Source: Bigelowiella natans CCMP2755 (Eukaryota; Protista; Cercozoa). From it: a DNA stretch of 64,000 nucleotides. This document shows positions 50,786-63,531 of this stretch, in pieces. The stretch is from positions 62,001-126,000 of the forward strand of contig ADNK01001197.1 in NCBI GenBank assembly GCA_000320545.1, written 5' to 3'. The notes beneath the pieces are model-generated. The model had not been told where the DNA came from. It did no database searches and worked only from the letters and a program-made list of their open reading frames with translations. The stretch's first letter is position 1. Each line of letters opens with the position of its first letter. The translations under genes were made by a program, and so were the position numbers.

Positions 50786-52954
50786 ATGACAGGACATTGT
50801 AAGCGAGCCATCACCAGAGCGTCCCAGCTCACATCTGAACATAGCTCAAGTGCAGGGCTCAGAAGGCCATCACATGAACGAACCTTACGAGTGACGAAAA
50901 CTCGGTGGCCCGTTCCTCCCTTTCCCACACATGATGATCGCAGAGATAGGGGATCTGGAGAAAACTGCATTTGTCGAATAAAACTACGGAGTGCTGCTTT
51001 ATTTGCTCCGTGTAGAAGGGTGCTTCAGATGCCTTTCCAAAGAAGGACGAAGGGCAACACAAGCAAGTGTGTGCCTGTAGACGCCAAGATGGAGAGAAGA
51101 ATGAAATACTTCACTGTGCTTGATAAGCACACGAGAGAAGGAAATCTTCAAGATGCAGTCGAATCCCTTAGATGTCTGAAGAAGGAATATGAGCTGGATG
51201 AGAATGAAGAGTATAAGAAGTCATCACAGCATCCTAAACTTCCGATAGGTCGTTACCTGCAGGTTCTCAGCCTTTGCAAGTCACCAAAATGCATCAAACA
51301 GCTCGAATCTTTGTGCAAAGAGATCAGGGAGACATACGGGGAAGATCAGTTTTTTGTTGCGACCTCGGACCTTTTAGTAAAAATATATGCAGAATACAAC
51401 CTTCAGAAAGCAATACAACTTCTTGAAGAGATGCAAAAACGTGGACATACTTTGAAGAGGCGAAGTTTTGGACCGATTATTGTCGCTTGCTGTCGTGCAA
51501 AAGATAGCACGAAGGCATTTAAGTTGTATTTCGAAGCAAAAGCAAAGGATATTGAGTTCACTGAAGTGGAATTCTCCGAACTTGTGCATCTATGTACCCA
51601 TTTAAATCTAGGTACAAATATGTCAATTCTTCTGAAAGATATCTCCTCAACATTGAGCGTCCTTCCTCGATCTCTATTGAACGATATCAAAGAATGGTTT
51701 CGTCAAAACAGCTATGAAATATTGGAAAATCTGAGCCCTGATTTGGAAGGCAAAATGATTGGCGCTACTGCTCGAGCGGCTCTCGATCCTTACCGTCTGT
51801 CCAATGATGTCACCGATTATTACTTACAGCAAATTCTTACTGCGCAAACAGAGAGGAAGAAAAGTAGGCGAAAAGAAAAGATTGTTCATAAGAAGATCCA
51901 GAAGTTCTTGTTAAGACTCGCACGTGATGGTGGGGCTGAGGTGTGGATTGATGGAGCTAACGTTGGACATTTCGAGATGGGAGGGGCATTCAGCTACCAG
52001 CAAGTAGATGAAGTCTACAATCATTTCTTGCGATGTGGTTACAGAACCCGTATTGTTCTCCACCACTCACGATGCCATGGACTCCCAGATTATTCGGCGG
52101 AAAATAAAATTGTAAGGCGCTGGATTAGTCACTCAGCATTGTACATAACCCCCAATGGTGTCAATGATGATGCCTACTGGTTATATGGAGCTCTTTGGAG
52201 TACGAAGACTCTTCCTGAAGTCTACATTGTAACCAATGATCTTGGGCGTGACCATCAATATCAATTTGGGCATGACAAGCGTTTTTTCCGTTTTATTCAA
52301 TCACACGTTATCCGTTTTGCTGTCAAGAATGTGGACACTAAATGCTGGAAAGAAATGTCTGAAAATGTCTCCGAAGACTCATTCGTCTCTGTGCACCAGA
52401 AAGAAGTTCGCCCGATCAGGCCAATTGCTGTGCATCACCAATCTACATCATCTGAACTTTCTCGACGGCAAAAAATAAATGATTACATATCGCCGCATAC
52501 CCGTCCTCAACCCAAGCAAACTTACAACGAGAAAGATCGTCGGGCTTACACCCCAAATAGGTATTTCGCTCAAATACGTGCTAAATGTGTACCGTCATCG
52601 GTCCCCGTACAGTTTGCATCCATTGAACCTCCACTACCTCGGGTGCAAACATACACTCCAGGAAGATACATGAGACCTGAAAAGCTGCAACCTGTTCCTC
52701 TTGGATCACAGCCGGTTCCTTACTTTAAATTGAGGCATCTCAAGGCCCCTAACGTATTTCCTCTTGAGTACCATTATCCTTTTACATATGCTATAGCTCC
52801 GCAGATGAAAGATAGCACCTGGTTCCTCCCGTTCATGGTAAATAAGAAGATGGAATGCAAAGATTTGTACAAAAATGAAACTGGTGATGCACCTCCGATT
52901 CCAACAACCGTCGCGAAAAGAGTCCTCTGGGTGGTTTGTAGGCAAATTAAGTGA
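50786..52954 (+). CDS. PRORP: Protein-only RNase P (PPR + NYN domain), intronless; true start may be ~51029
   Basis: PPR-like helices (KAIQLLEEMQKRGHTLKRRSFGPIIVACC). NYN motifs VWIDGANVG, TPNGVNDDAYWLYGA, IVTNDLGRDH. C-terminal WFLP and WVVC. Confidence 0.85.
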   Translation: MTGHCKRAITRASQLTSEHSSSAGLRRPSHERTLRVTKTRWPVPPFPTHDDRRDRGSGENCICRIKLRSAALFAPCRRVLQMPFQRRTKGNTSKCVPVDAKMERRMKYFTVLDKHTREGNLQDAVESLRCLKKEYELDENEEYKKSSQHPKLPIGRYLQVLSLCKSPKCIKQLESLCKEIRETYGEDQFFVATSDLLVKIYAEYNLQKAIQLLEEMQKRGHTLKRRSFGPIIVACCRAKDSTKAFKLYFEAKAKDIEFTEVEFSELVHLCTHLNLGTNMSILLKDISSTLSVLPRSLLNDIKEWFRQNSYEILENLSPDLEGKMIGATARAALDPYRLSNDVTDYYLQQILTAQTERKKSRRKEKIVHKKIQKFLLRLARDGGAEVWIDGANVGHFEMGGAFSYQQVDEVYNHFLRCGYRTRIVLHHSRCHGLPDYSAENKIVRRWISHSALYITPNGVNDDAYWLYGALWSTKTLPEVYIVTNDLGRDHQYQFGHDKRFFRFIQSHVIRFAVKNVDTKCWKEMSENVSEDSFVSVHQKEVRPIRPIAVHHQSTSSELSRRQKINDYISPHTRPQPKQTYNEKDRRAYTPNRYFAQIRAKCVPSSVPVQFASIEPPLPRVQTYTPGRYMRPEKLQPVPLGSQPVPYFKLRHLKAPNVFPLEYHYPFTYAIAPQMKDSTWFLPFMVNKKMECKDLYKNETGDAPPIPTTVAKRVLWVVCRQIK

Positions 52955-53848
52955 GTATGGAAGCACGTCAGACAGAGGGCGAGCCGGTTTTAATCGCAAC
53001 GTAGGCAAAAATTTATAATTATATTTATGTAGAGCATACTTGATAGGTCTTTTGAATTTTGATTAGCAATGTAGCTATCAGATGACTACATGATTAACCA
53101 TGATATTGTTGAAATTCATAGAAATAACAAGAATTAAAAAAAATGAAAATATTTCCACCACGTACGTAGCCGTATTTTAAGTTGACATCGCGTGCTGACG
53201 GCAATGCAGAGCAGGTAGCACATGTCGGATGGATATACTGCCATGCATCGTCATGCCGTGCTAGCGTGTGCCAATGATGCATGACAGCTCTCGGGCTGTA
53301 TGCATACTTGTTTCGAAGCGAGCTATAGCTGCTCATCAAACAATTATTGCCACATAGCCATGTCTAGATGTGCGTACACAACGCAAGCAACGCATAATCG
53401 ACTGCTTGTTGGTATGTTGGCGGTGCGAGATGTTTTGTATATTTGGCACATACATCGTACGCTAGTTAGTCGCAATACCGCTACTAGGCTAGGCAGGTTA
53501 TAAGGTGCGGTACAGACTACTGCTCCAGTGCTGTAGACAGCTGCGCTACAAGCTTAACTCTCATTGCAGCGTGTAGCAAGCACTGCTTCGCGCGCCATGC
53601 ATAGCACTAGAGCAGCGGGGCTACTGTGCGATACATCTGCAACTAGCAGCCTGGCGTAAATGTTGCGTTCTGGCGTTACTATTTAGAGACATAATAAAGT
53701 CTAAAAATCTGCCAACTAGGTTAACTGCATGCGTCAGTCAACGCCATGTCTGTTACATTTGCTAAAGATTCCGGGACATGACGCAGCCATTGCGAAGTGA
53801 AAATAACAGAAAAACAATAACGATGTATATCTTGTTATTCTTCAGCAG

Positions 53849-55844
53849 TCACTTGAAATCTACAATCGCAAGCGTTTCATCCCAAGCACAAGACGCGAAA
53901 CGTGAATCATGAGAATGGCACCAAGAGACCTGATTTGAATAAAGCCAGACAATGAATAGGAGAAACCCTATTGCCATATTCTTTTTAGAGGTTGCAACCC
54001 CGTACACAAATTCAGAGTGATGCTCGAAATGGCCCAGCAAAGGATCTTCTTTTTGGAGATCCAACAATGCCACGGTCATGTCGCTGCATTAAAACGAATA
54101 TTGAAAAAATATGATCATAACATTTCATTGAAGTGAAAAAATTTAATCGTACTATGAAGCTGAAAGGAGTAGTGGACTCTTGGTAAAGGAATTCTGAAAC
54201 TCAAGGTCCCGGACTCCCAAGTCATGAACATGTACTAAATCAACAGGCACACTCCAACCGCTTTTGACTTCTGAATCAAACAATAGACGTAAAGCGATTT
54301 GTATGATATAAGAAAAGGCTAACCTTCACCATTCTTGTATGTTTGAAGCTTGCGGATATCAAATACACGTATAGCGCCGTCGACGCACCCTGAAAAATTC
54401 GCACTACGATAGGCATTCGGGAAGCCCAGAAGTAGTGAGTTTCGTACCTGTGGCGATTTCAAAATTTTGGACTGGATTGGAAGCGACTGATAGTACTTCT
54501 CCGCCAAGCACCTTCATCCAAACGAAAACAAAAATTTAAATCGGCAGATAAATGGTGGTTTTGCGAGTAAACCTTAATAGTCTGCTGAGGCGTTGTCGCC
54601 AACGATGACTTCTCGCCTGCCCCCGCATCAAATCTAGAACTAGCACGGAGTCGCAAGTCCCATAACAGTACAGAACCATCTCCTAATATGCGTATGTTGA
54701 CGTAAATATGGACTCTAGCCTGCAGGGGGAAATGAACCTGAAGCAGTGAGCAATTGGGGTATTGCATTGTTTGATGTTTGACGATTCGTGTTCCATAGTA
54801 CTCGGTTCACAACCCCCGTAGACGCATGAAGCTGGACTATTGGGTCCTGTCTGTATAGCAGTATTATCTAGCTTTAAAAAACGCTCTCGATCTTTGCACA
54901 TCTGAGGGCACCAGTACCGCTGAATGTTGTGAACAAAGCATTGTCCGTCCCATGACCCGCTGGCAAGAAGATTGTCCCAGCAAGCCTAAAAAAGGAGTAG
55001 AACTTTCAGGAAATAGAGATATATTTGGAAAGCTATGGCTCACCACTGTAGAGATCTCCTTTTTGTGTCTTGAATATACTTTGAGTACATCCCTAAACAA
55101 ATAAGATTAGTTGGCTCTCATCGTTAAACTATAAAATAAAGTAGAGAACATCGTCTTGCCAGGCTTCTTGGGGTAAAATCGACCAAGCTGTACTGATCCA
55201 TCTCCGCATCCAATTGCGAAGCTTGCGTGCAATCCATAACTTTCTGTGTATGCAGGTTGTCATGCTAGGCAAAGAGTGTACGTAAGTAAAAGCACCTGAT
55301 ACGGAGGATTGAGATATACGCAACCAGTCAAAGTCAAAGATGCTGTTGATAAGAAGGGACATCGTATTAAAATAAGATATATTGGTCAGCTGGTTCGATT
55401 TATGTGTTTATATGTTTCATACCAGTCTTTCGTACAAAAATGGGAAACTGTTTTAAGCCCCGGTTGTTCTTTTTTGCATCGACGGATCCCATGAGACAGT
55501 AGGTCCTCTGACCTACTGTTCCCTGAATCTTGTGTCTTCTCCTGATTAATCTCTGGGTGTAGCGATTCGGTATATTCTCCGAATCCTTCTCGAACGGTAG
55601 TCTCATAAAAGAGTGCCTTACCGTCTCCAACAAGGCCGAAATGCTGGGATGCTACGCAACCAAGGATGTTGTCGAAGTCCGGATGGTATTTGATCTATCA
55701 TTATTCCAGTTAACGGTTCTCATTTTAATTGTGTGCAAGGATAAATGTCAGACTTGCCTTAAATCCCATGTAGTCCTTCGGAAGTGCAAACGGAACGATG
55801 CTCGTATCGTCGAGTCCATTCCCTTTACCCCGCTGTACGGCCAT
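53849..55844 (-). CDS. PEX7: Peroxisomal PTS2 receptor (WD40); multi-exon, first intron GC-AG
   Basis: MGFK-IKYHPDFDNILGCVASQHFGLVGDG; HKKEISTV; LLSASY-DMTVALL...FEHHSEFVYGVSW...FASCAWD match the PEX7 layout. Confidence 0.8.
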
Positions 55845-56625
55845 GCTTGAGGCGAAAGATATCTTTCAACTAGCGATTCTAGGGAAAATTTTGAGAAGAG
55901 CTCGGATGGTCAAGGTGGCATTAAGGTAATCGTTCATTGTACAATGATCCATTTTCGAACTTGACCCACCATGCTATGTACTTCATCACTCCTCCATACT
56001 TCCATGTGATTAATGAATAATGAATACTCCAATTTCTCCCCACATTCCTAATACTTCATTCGCATTTCACTCTTCCTTCAATCGCATCTACTTGCTGGCA
56101 ATAGCAGAGCTGCGTCAACCAAATGACTGATAAAAAAGAAGAAATTCTACTGCTTTTTCTTCTTCCTTCCAAGGATTTTTGTCCACACTTTTCCGGTGAT
56201 GTTTGTCGTTGTTGGAAATTGCTGGCGTATAGTAGAAGAAATGGTCCGTCTACGTCGTCGTACGCACCGCACTCTAGAAATTACAAAGATGACTCTTGCT
56301 CTTACGCGATATCTTAGGAGACAGAGTCGAAAATCTTGGTTATTTACTATTACGACATGCGATAAACATGTCGCACAGGATTAAATGTAGATAATACTCA
56401 CATGAATTTATCGGGATAACAACTGAACCAGGTGCAAGTTGCCGGCATTGATAAGCGGCGTAAAAATTGCAGGTAAATTTGTCCTTAAAACGAGTGTTTT
56501 CGTTGTCTTAGGGAATAAAAAGGGGATTTTGCTTCATCTGTTCTAAAAATTTGTGGCTAGAAAGACAGTGTCCAGCTGCCATCCCCCCCTTTTTTCGGGT
56601 TACTTGTTTCTTTCACTGAATCGTA

Positions 56626-57207
56626 ATGTGCAACTCCAAGGCCGCAAAGGCAGCACCTACTGTAGCTGAGAAACCTGTAATTCTTAATTTACCTTAATTA
56701 AATTGAATTAAATTGCTACGTGAAATTATCCTCATCTCTGGCGGTCGTCTAACCATTCTAGGAGCTGCCATCTTTGGGCGATCTCAGGGCCGCAATTCCC
56801 AAGCATTGTTTCGAAAGGTGGCACATATTGCAAATATTCTAACGCCTTACTGATTTTTATGGAAAAACCTCCACCATTTGGCGCACAGAGCGATGAATCG
56901 CAAACATGGCTTTCGAGGAGAATGAACTTACATTTTTCTCAGGAATCCATTAACGGGATTCTACTATATCGCACGTGATGGAGTCGTCATCACTCTTCTT
57001 GGTCTGCTCGCCTGGCAGCTTCCTTACGAGAACATGCCATTATGGGCTTATGCAGCATGGGTAGAAGAATATACTTGCTTCATTCATTAGCTACATCTCA
57101 AATCTTTAAACGTACTTATTTCTACGAAAGGGTGCATATGCGTTCTGGCAAGGGACAGCACTGACAGGATGGTAGTTTGCCTGATGCGATTATATAGTAT
57201 ATATAAA

Positions 57208-57260
<53 letters not shown>

Positions 57261-58955
57261 ATGTAGTTTATGTATGTGTGCGTATGTGTGTCTTTGTGTG
57301 CGTGTGCGTGTGTCATGTTTCAAATAAAAATGTAAATGAGAGACAGGTAAGGATTAGTGGCCAACAAGCGAATATTCTCGTCTGTTTTCCTGTTAAATAT
57401 TATTGTGATGAAGAAGTTTGAACTAGGCATCGATTACTGAGCTAGACCTGATAAATTTCGTAGGTGGGTGATTGCTCATGAATGCGGACATGGAGCATTC
57501 AGTCCCAGCCAAACTCTAAATGATTTTGTTGGGTAATATCTCATTGGATTACTGCGGAATGATATTTCGTTTCATCTCGGATGTAAATCTGGGCATGGTG
57601 TGGATTTACAAAAAGTATACATAGCTGATTTGCCATTTAATGCTTACGCAGGTTCATCCTTCACACTATGCTGTATGTACCTTACTTCTCATGGCAGTAT
57701 TCTCATGCTAAGGTGGTGACACACGTGCGCACACAACTGATGTCGCAGCATACCATCGCTTGACAACTAACTGGTCTCCTCTTTTTGAATATCAGCATCA
57801 TTCAAAAACGAATCACTTACTGGATGGAGAAACTCATGTCCCTGCCACCAAGAAAGGGTTCAGGGCATACAAGAAAGTTCATGATGTCATCGGCGATGAT
57901 GCATTCGCTGTTCTTCAGGTTTCGAAAGAGAGACCCACAATATAATGATGAGGAGAACATACCCACCAATATATAATGGTAATAGATTGTCGTCGTGATT
58001 TCGTACGGGAATAATAGGTTGTACTTCACTTGCTTCTCGGGTGGCCTATGTACCTATTCATGAACGCTACTGGAAGCCGTCGCCTAAACAAAGAATTCGG
58101 AAACAAAAGGTATCAAAAGCTATCAAAAGTAGTAATGTATGGAGTAATGTACCTGCTGCTGCTACCCCCACATTTTACTTACACAAGATACTAGGAAGAT
58201 GCCAAATCTGGGGTTTCTTTACATTACTTTATTACTCTTTTTCATGCAATTAGAATCCCAAAGGGAGAGGTTCTTGACCATTTCCGTCCAAATTCCAAGC
58301 TATTCCCTGCTACCTGGTAAGAACCCCGAAAACCTTGTTAATTCATTATTTCTACTCGGCATTATTCATATACCACCCCCATTTACACATACCATCCTCC
58401 CCTCCCCCCCCCCCCCCCCCTCGACATTGTTACATTTATAGGCGCTTTCGTGTGTTGCTGTCCTCTGTTGGCCTGGTCGCATGGACTGCTTTCCTCTGTC
58501 ACGTTGCATCTAAGATCGGAGCATGGCGTATGAGTTTGATGTACTTCGGCCCATATTTATGGGTCAACGCCTGGCTTGTGCTTTACACGTGGCTGCAGCA
58601 CACCCAAGATGATATTCCCCATTGGGGAGAGGGAGAATGGACCTGGCTAAAAGGTGCCGCAATCGGAACAATCGACCGAGAGTACGGCATCTTCGACTGG
58701 TACTACCCGAAGACACACACGCCGACGCACTCTATTATTTTAACATTACATATGATAGCCCAGCAGCCAACAGGCCCTCAAGAATTGTTCGTCCTTTGTT
58801 TCAATTAAAGGTTTCACCACGACATCGGATCTACTCACGTTTGCCACCACATTTTCTCAAAGATTCCTCACTACCACGCCCATGAAGCAACCCGGTAATT
58901 AAGATAGAGAAAGAAAATGCTGCCTCTGTCACCCCCCCCCCCCCCCTCACCCCCT

Positions 58956-58997
<42 letters not shown>

Positions 58998-59365
58998 CGC
59001 GCGCGCGCGCGCGCCAAGTTTGCGTCCGTCTATGTGCATCTCAAGTCGGTGCATTTACATTTCGATTATTTGTTTTTTTTCATTGAATTATTGTTCCTTT
59101 GCACGAGAGAGTGTGGCTTTCTCATTGTTCTTTACGGGGGCTGTTATTATCAGAGCCTTGAAGAAGAAACTCGGAAAGCTTTACAACCATAACGGGGATT
59201 ATTGGGTTAAGTCAATGTGGCAAGTTGCAAAGACGTGTCATTATGTGGAAGGAGTCAACGGCCGACAATACTATCGGGTAAGGAGAACCTCTGCATTTCC
59301 TGAATCAGCGACAAATCTAATTCTGCGTTTTTTCCTAGTCTGCGACAGATTTCAAGAAGGATTAA
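56626..59365 (+). CDS. Omega-6/Delta-12 fatty acid desaturase (FAD2-like); multi-exon
   Basis: [96 protein letters not shown] (three His boxes). Confidence 0.92.
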
Positions 59366-60715
59366 TGGAGAGACGATGGAACATCAGTCAGATGCATTTA
59401 CTTCAATTACTCAGCAGGGCATTCATAGCGGGATATCTTACTATATTAATGTTCGTGGACTTCCGTCGTTGTCACCGCATTAGTCTTTAATTTGGTCCAT
59501 AGTTTAAGTTGTAGGTTATTACCAACATTTATTGCTATTACTACAGGCGTAGTACCATGCAATGTAAGCCATGTAGCAACTATTCTGCTCAATTCAGCGC
59601 GAAGTCTACGCAATACGCCATGACAGTCGCTATAAACTAGATAGGAGTGAGTCACGCCCTTTTCGAATGTGCACATACACTTATACACTTTGAGCCAATC
59701 TAGCATACTTCTAGGCTTGCACGTTGCGCACGCAAGTGCATGCTAGCATGGATGAAGCACTAGAGCAGTCTAGCAGTCTCATCGCCAGCTATAGTGTGAG
59801 TCGAGGCACATGCGATGCAGCACAAGCTAGCAAGCGCAAATAAATAGCGATGCATCATTTACGCATGGCCATGCTCATGCCCATTATAAGCATGCTAGCA
59901 TGGCGCTGACTACGTAGTCTCTAAAAGTCCGCTAATGGGACTACGTGGCCTGCTAGCTGCTAGCTAGCCTGCTTAGCGTGCGCTCATGCTTGTGCATGTG
60001 ATTGGCGCAGCGCTATGCTAGCATGTCATATATTTCAACACTAACATCCTGTGCAATATGTATAAGAACATGCGCATCAACTTTATTATTGTGTGCCATC
60101 ATTCGAGCATTTCCCATGCCATGGCATGTCTAGCTAGATGTTTGTAGTCGCACAAAAACGCACGCTGCTAGGCTGGCTAGCTGGTGCAATGTACTAGCTC
60201 TTAGGTAGCTAGCAAGCTGAATGCCCATGCTGTGCTAGCATCGCATGCAGTGACGACTGCATGACACACTGTGTCGTAGCGCACATGCTAGCATGCAATA
60301 CCAGCGTAGCATGAACGCGCGTCGCATGTGCCAGCTAGCTAGTGTGTGGCATCTTATATTACTAGATGTCTATCATCTAGCTAGACATGTGTACGTAGTA
60401 CACTGTGACAATTGCGCGCTAGCGCGCAAGGTGGTGAAACTCACTGCTCACATCATTTGAACATAGCCCACATTTTGAACATTGCATGAAAAGCAAATCG
60501 CATTCTTGCGCGATGAAAAAAAATTGAGCCGGCGTTGAGCTGTGCTAGTGTGTACGTCGAGGCATGTCTCAGAATCTGCTCAGATGACTTGATTAATGTG
60601 AATCTAGCATTGTGACTTGGGACAGGCTTGCAGGCGGTGCACGCACGTGCGCAACCTGCACTACACAACCTATTTACTCGTACGCTCAAATGGGCGTGAT
60701 AAGGAACTTGGAAAC

Positions 60716-63176
60716 TCAACTCATATCAGCATTTTTTGCTGTATGTAACAGATAGGATTCTGTTAGAAATGTCGGTGCAACTAAGCGGCGCGAACAGAAA
60801 GAACCAGGACATTTGGAATCGACTGCAATGCTAGACGTTCGCAGTTCTCTCCTTCTGAAGCCATTTTTTCCTCTTCGCCGGATTCGTTTTCTTGCCCTGT
60901 CGGCCACTCCTGCGATGAGTTTTCCAGCTGGAGATTCATCACTAAGCGAGGAAGACGAGGACGAAGATACCGACCTTTTTCGCCTCCACGACGATTCATT
61001 GTCGCTGCCTGTTCTCCGATGGATAAAATGGCGTCGTACAAAGCCTGCTGGAGGATCTTTCAATGGTGATCTTTTCCTTCCGGTCGTAACCATCGTCATC
61101 CTGTTCTCCTCTTCCGTTTTTGCTTCTACTTTCCTCTTCTTCGATATGGAACGGATTGCTGATCGACGAGGAGACGTCGGTTTCAATCCGATTTGCTTTT
61201 CGTGTGGGGGCTTGCGGCGACGATAAGATGAAACAACTGCCAAAGAGCACGAGGAGGAGGAAGAAGAAGAAGAAGAAGAAAAAGAAGAAGAGAAAGAACG
61301 CTTTATTTTCCTTCTTCTTCTCCTTCTATCCCCACTACCACTTTCTCGTCTTACGACTAATCTTTTATTCTTATTTCTCAGTGGCCGACGCGTGTACTGG
61401 CTAGACTTCTCGTCGTCGTCATCACAATACGAACTATCATCGACTATTTTGGTGAAACGCCTAGCTCGAAGAACCAAAGAGCGCCTTCTCTTTTGTTCTT
61501 TTGGTTTTCTATTGTAATTGAAGAGGTTTCTGTCCATGTAGGTTAATTTCCGTAAATACTTAACGATAGGGGGGGACCTTCTCTCCCTCCCCAAATAGGA
61601 ACGGTAGCTGTTATTATTATCATTTCCAAAACAGTGTACTTCTTCCTGCTTCTGCTTCCTATCATGGCTGATGGACCTCCTATTTCGAGATGATGACGAC
61701 GATAATGGTGATGATGCTGCTCGACGATGACGATGACGGCGGCGGCGACGACGTCTCAAGAGCGACGACGATATGTTTGCCAATACAGCATTAACTTTTT
61801 TGAGGCTTATATTCTTCGGCGGGGCTCTTCGGTGAATCAATTCATCGCTGGAAGAGTTGACTTTTTGTTCATCCTCATCCAGATCTTGACAGCCATCTTT
61901 CTCTACTACCTGTCTTTTGACTCCTCCTCCTCCTCCTCTTCCTCCTCCTTCTGAATTTGCCTTTTCTCTCATAGCCTGCTCTTTAACCTCATCCCCATCG
62001 CCTCCCTCCTCGTCTCCCTCATCCTCCTCGTCATCCTCGTCCACATCGTTGTCATTATCATCTGTACCATAGTCCTTTGGATTGTTTTCTTGGCGAAGAG
62101 AAGCACTATCAGAATCATCTTCTCCCGCCTCCTCTTCCTCCTGCTCATCATCTTCCTTGCCCTTTCCACCGGCTTCTTCTTCATCTTCTTTTACTTCACC
62201 CTCTTCCTCCTCCTCATCATCATCTTCCTCCTCCCCATCATCATCTTCACCATCTTCCTCCTCCTCCTCCTCCTCCTCCTCCTCCTCCTCGTCATCAACA
62301 TCATCATCATCTTCTTCTTCTTCTCCTTCTTCATGCCTTCTCTTTTCGTCCTTATCCAGAGCTTCTGCCTCCATCATGTCCCTATTATCGTTCTCTTCCT
62401 TTCCTTCGATACTTATTTCAATGTTGTCGCTGTAAAGGAGCTCTATCACCTTTTCCTCTCTCTTCTCTTCCTCGGTCAAATCCTCCTGGTGGGTAAGGAG
62501 ATCAAAGACAGGGTTCAGAGAAACAAAAAGGTAGCCCGATTGCTGAGCTAACAGCTCAGTAATATACAGGTCTGGATAGGAAAAACGCTCTGAATGATGG
62601 CATTATCATCTACCTTCCTCATTTCACCAGCGTTCATCAATAGGTACTGAATGAGAAGAAAAGGGTTAGGGGGAGAGGGAGAAAAGATAAGATAGGAGAG
62701 AGGAAGGTCAATGCTTCGGTGTAATAGTGGCTAACGTGTGTGCCAGCACATGCCTCGTTACACCACTAACAGCGCATAGCAGTATAGTATAAATATCAAA
62801 CAATTCGCAATATTTGTTCCTGTGCACAACACCATGTGTCATTGTATATAGTAGGTCGAGAGATTATTTGCATTTAATTTCTCCTATTATTATTTTTACT
62901 ATTCCATCATCATCACAACATCACTTATCCATCCACCTGCCGATCCCCGTCATCGTTTCCCTCGAAGAATGCATCGTATACTTCATAGGGATCTCTGATG
63001 TGAAGGGTGAGTTTTTTTGGGGGGGGGGGGGGAGAAGGAGTGGGGAGATTGGCAAAATTAGCGGGATCGTTGCGTTGGACACACTCGTACACTACAGGCA
63101 CATGTGCACAAACACATTTAGACGCATAATTAGCATACAACTTTTGAACAGCCATTTTCATTCCATTCGATCCTTA

Positions 63177-63213
<37 letters not shown>

Positions 63214-63499
63214 TGTTTATTTCACTTTCTCTACTATTGTAGCCACCTGTCAAATACACTGCTCTCTTGGTAGTCTTCGCTTTCTTTGGTTTCTACAATA
63301 ATAATAATAATAATAATAATAGCGAGGCAGTTGCATGTCAGTCATGAGGAGGAGGAGGAGGAGGATAACAACTAATACTTCATACTTCCTACTTTCATAG
63401 CCATGAGTATCATAGATACGCTTAAGTTCGGCGTCCTAATCGGTAGTACCAAGATGCAAGTAGAAGCGATGAGTACTGTGATGATATGGTGGCAATGGT

Positions 63500-63531
<32 letters not shown>

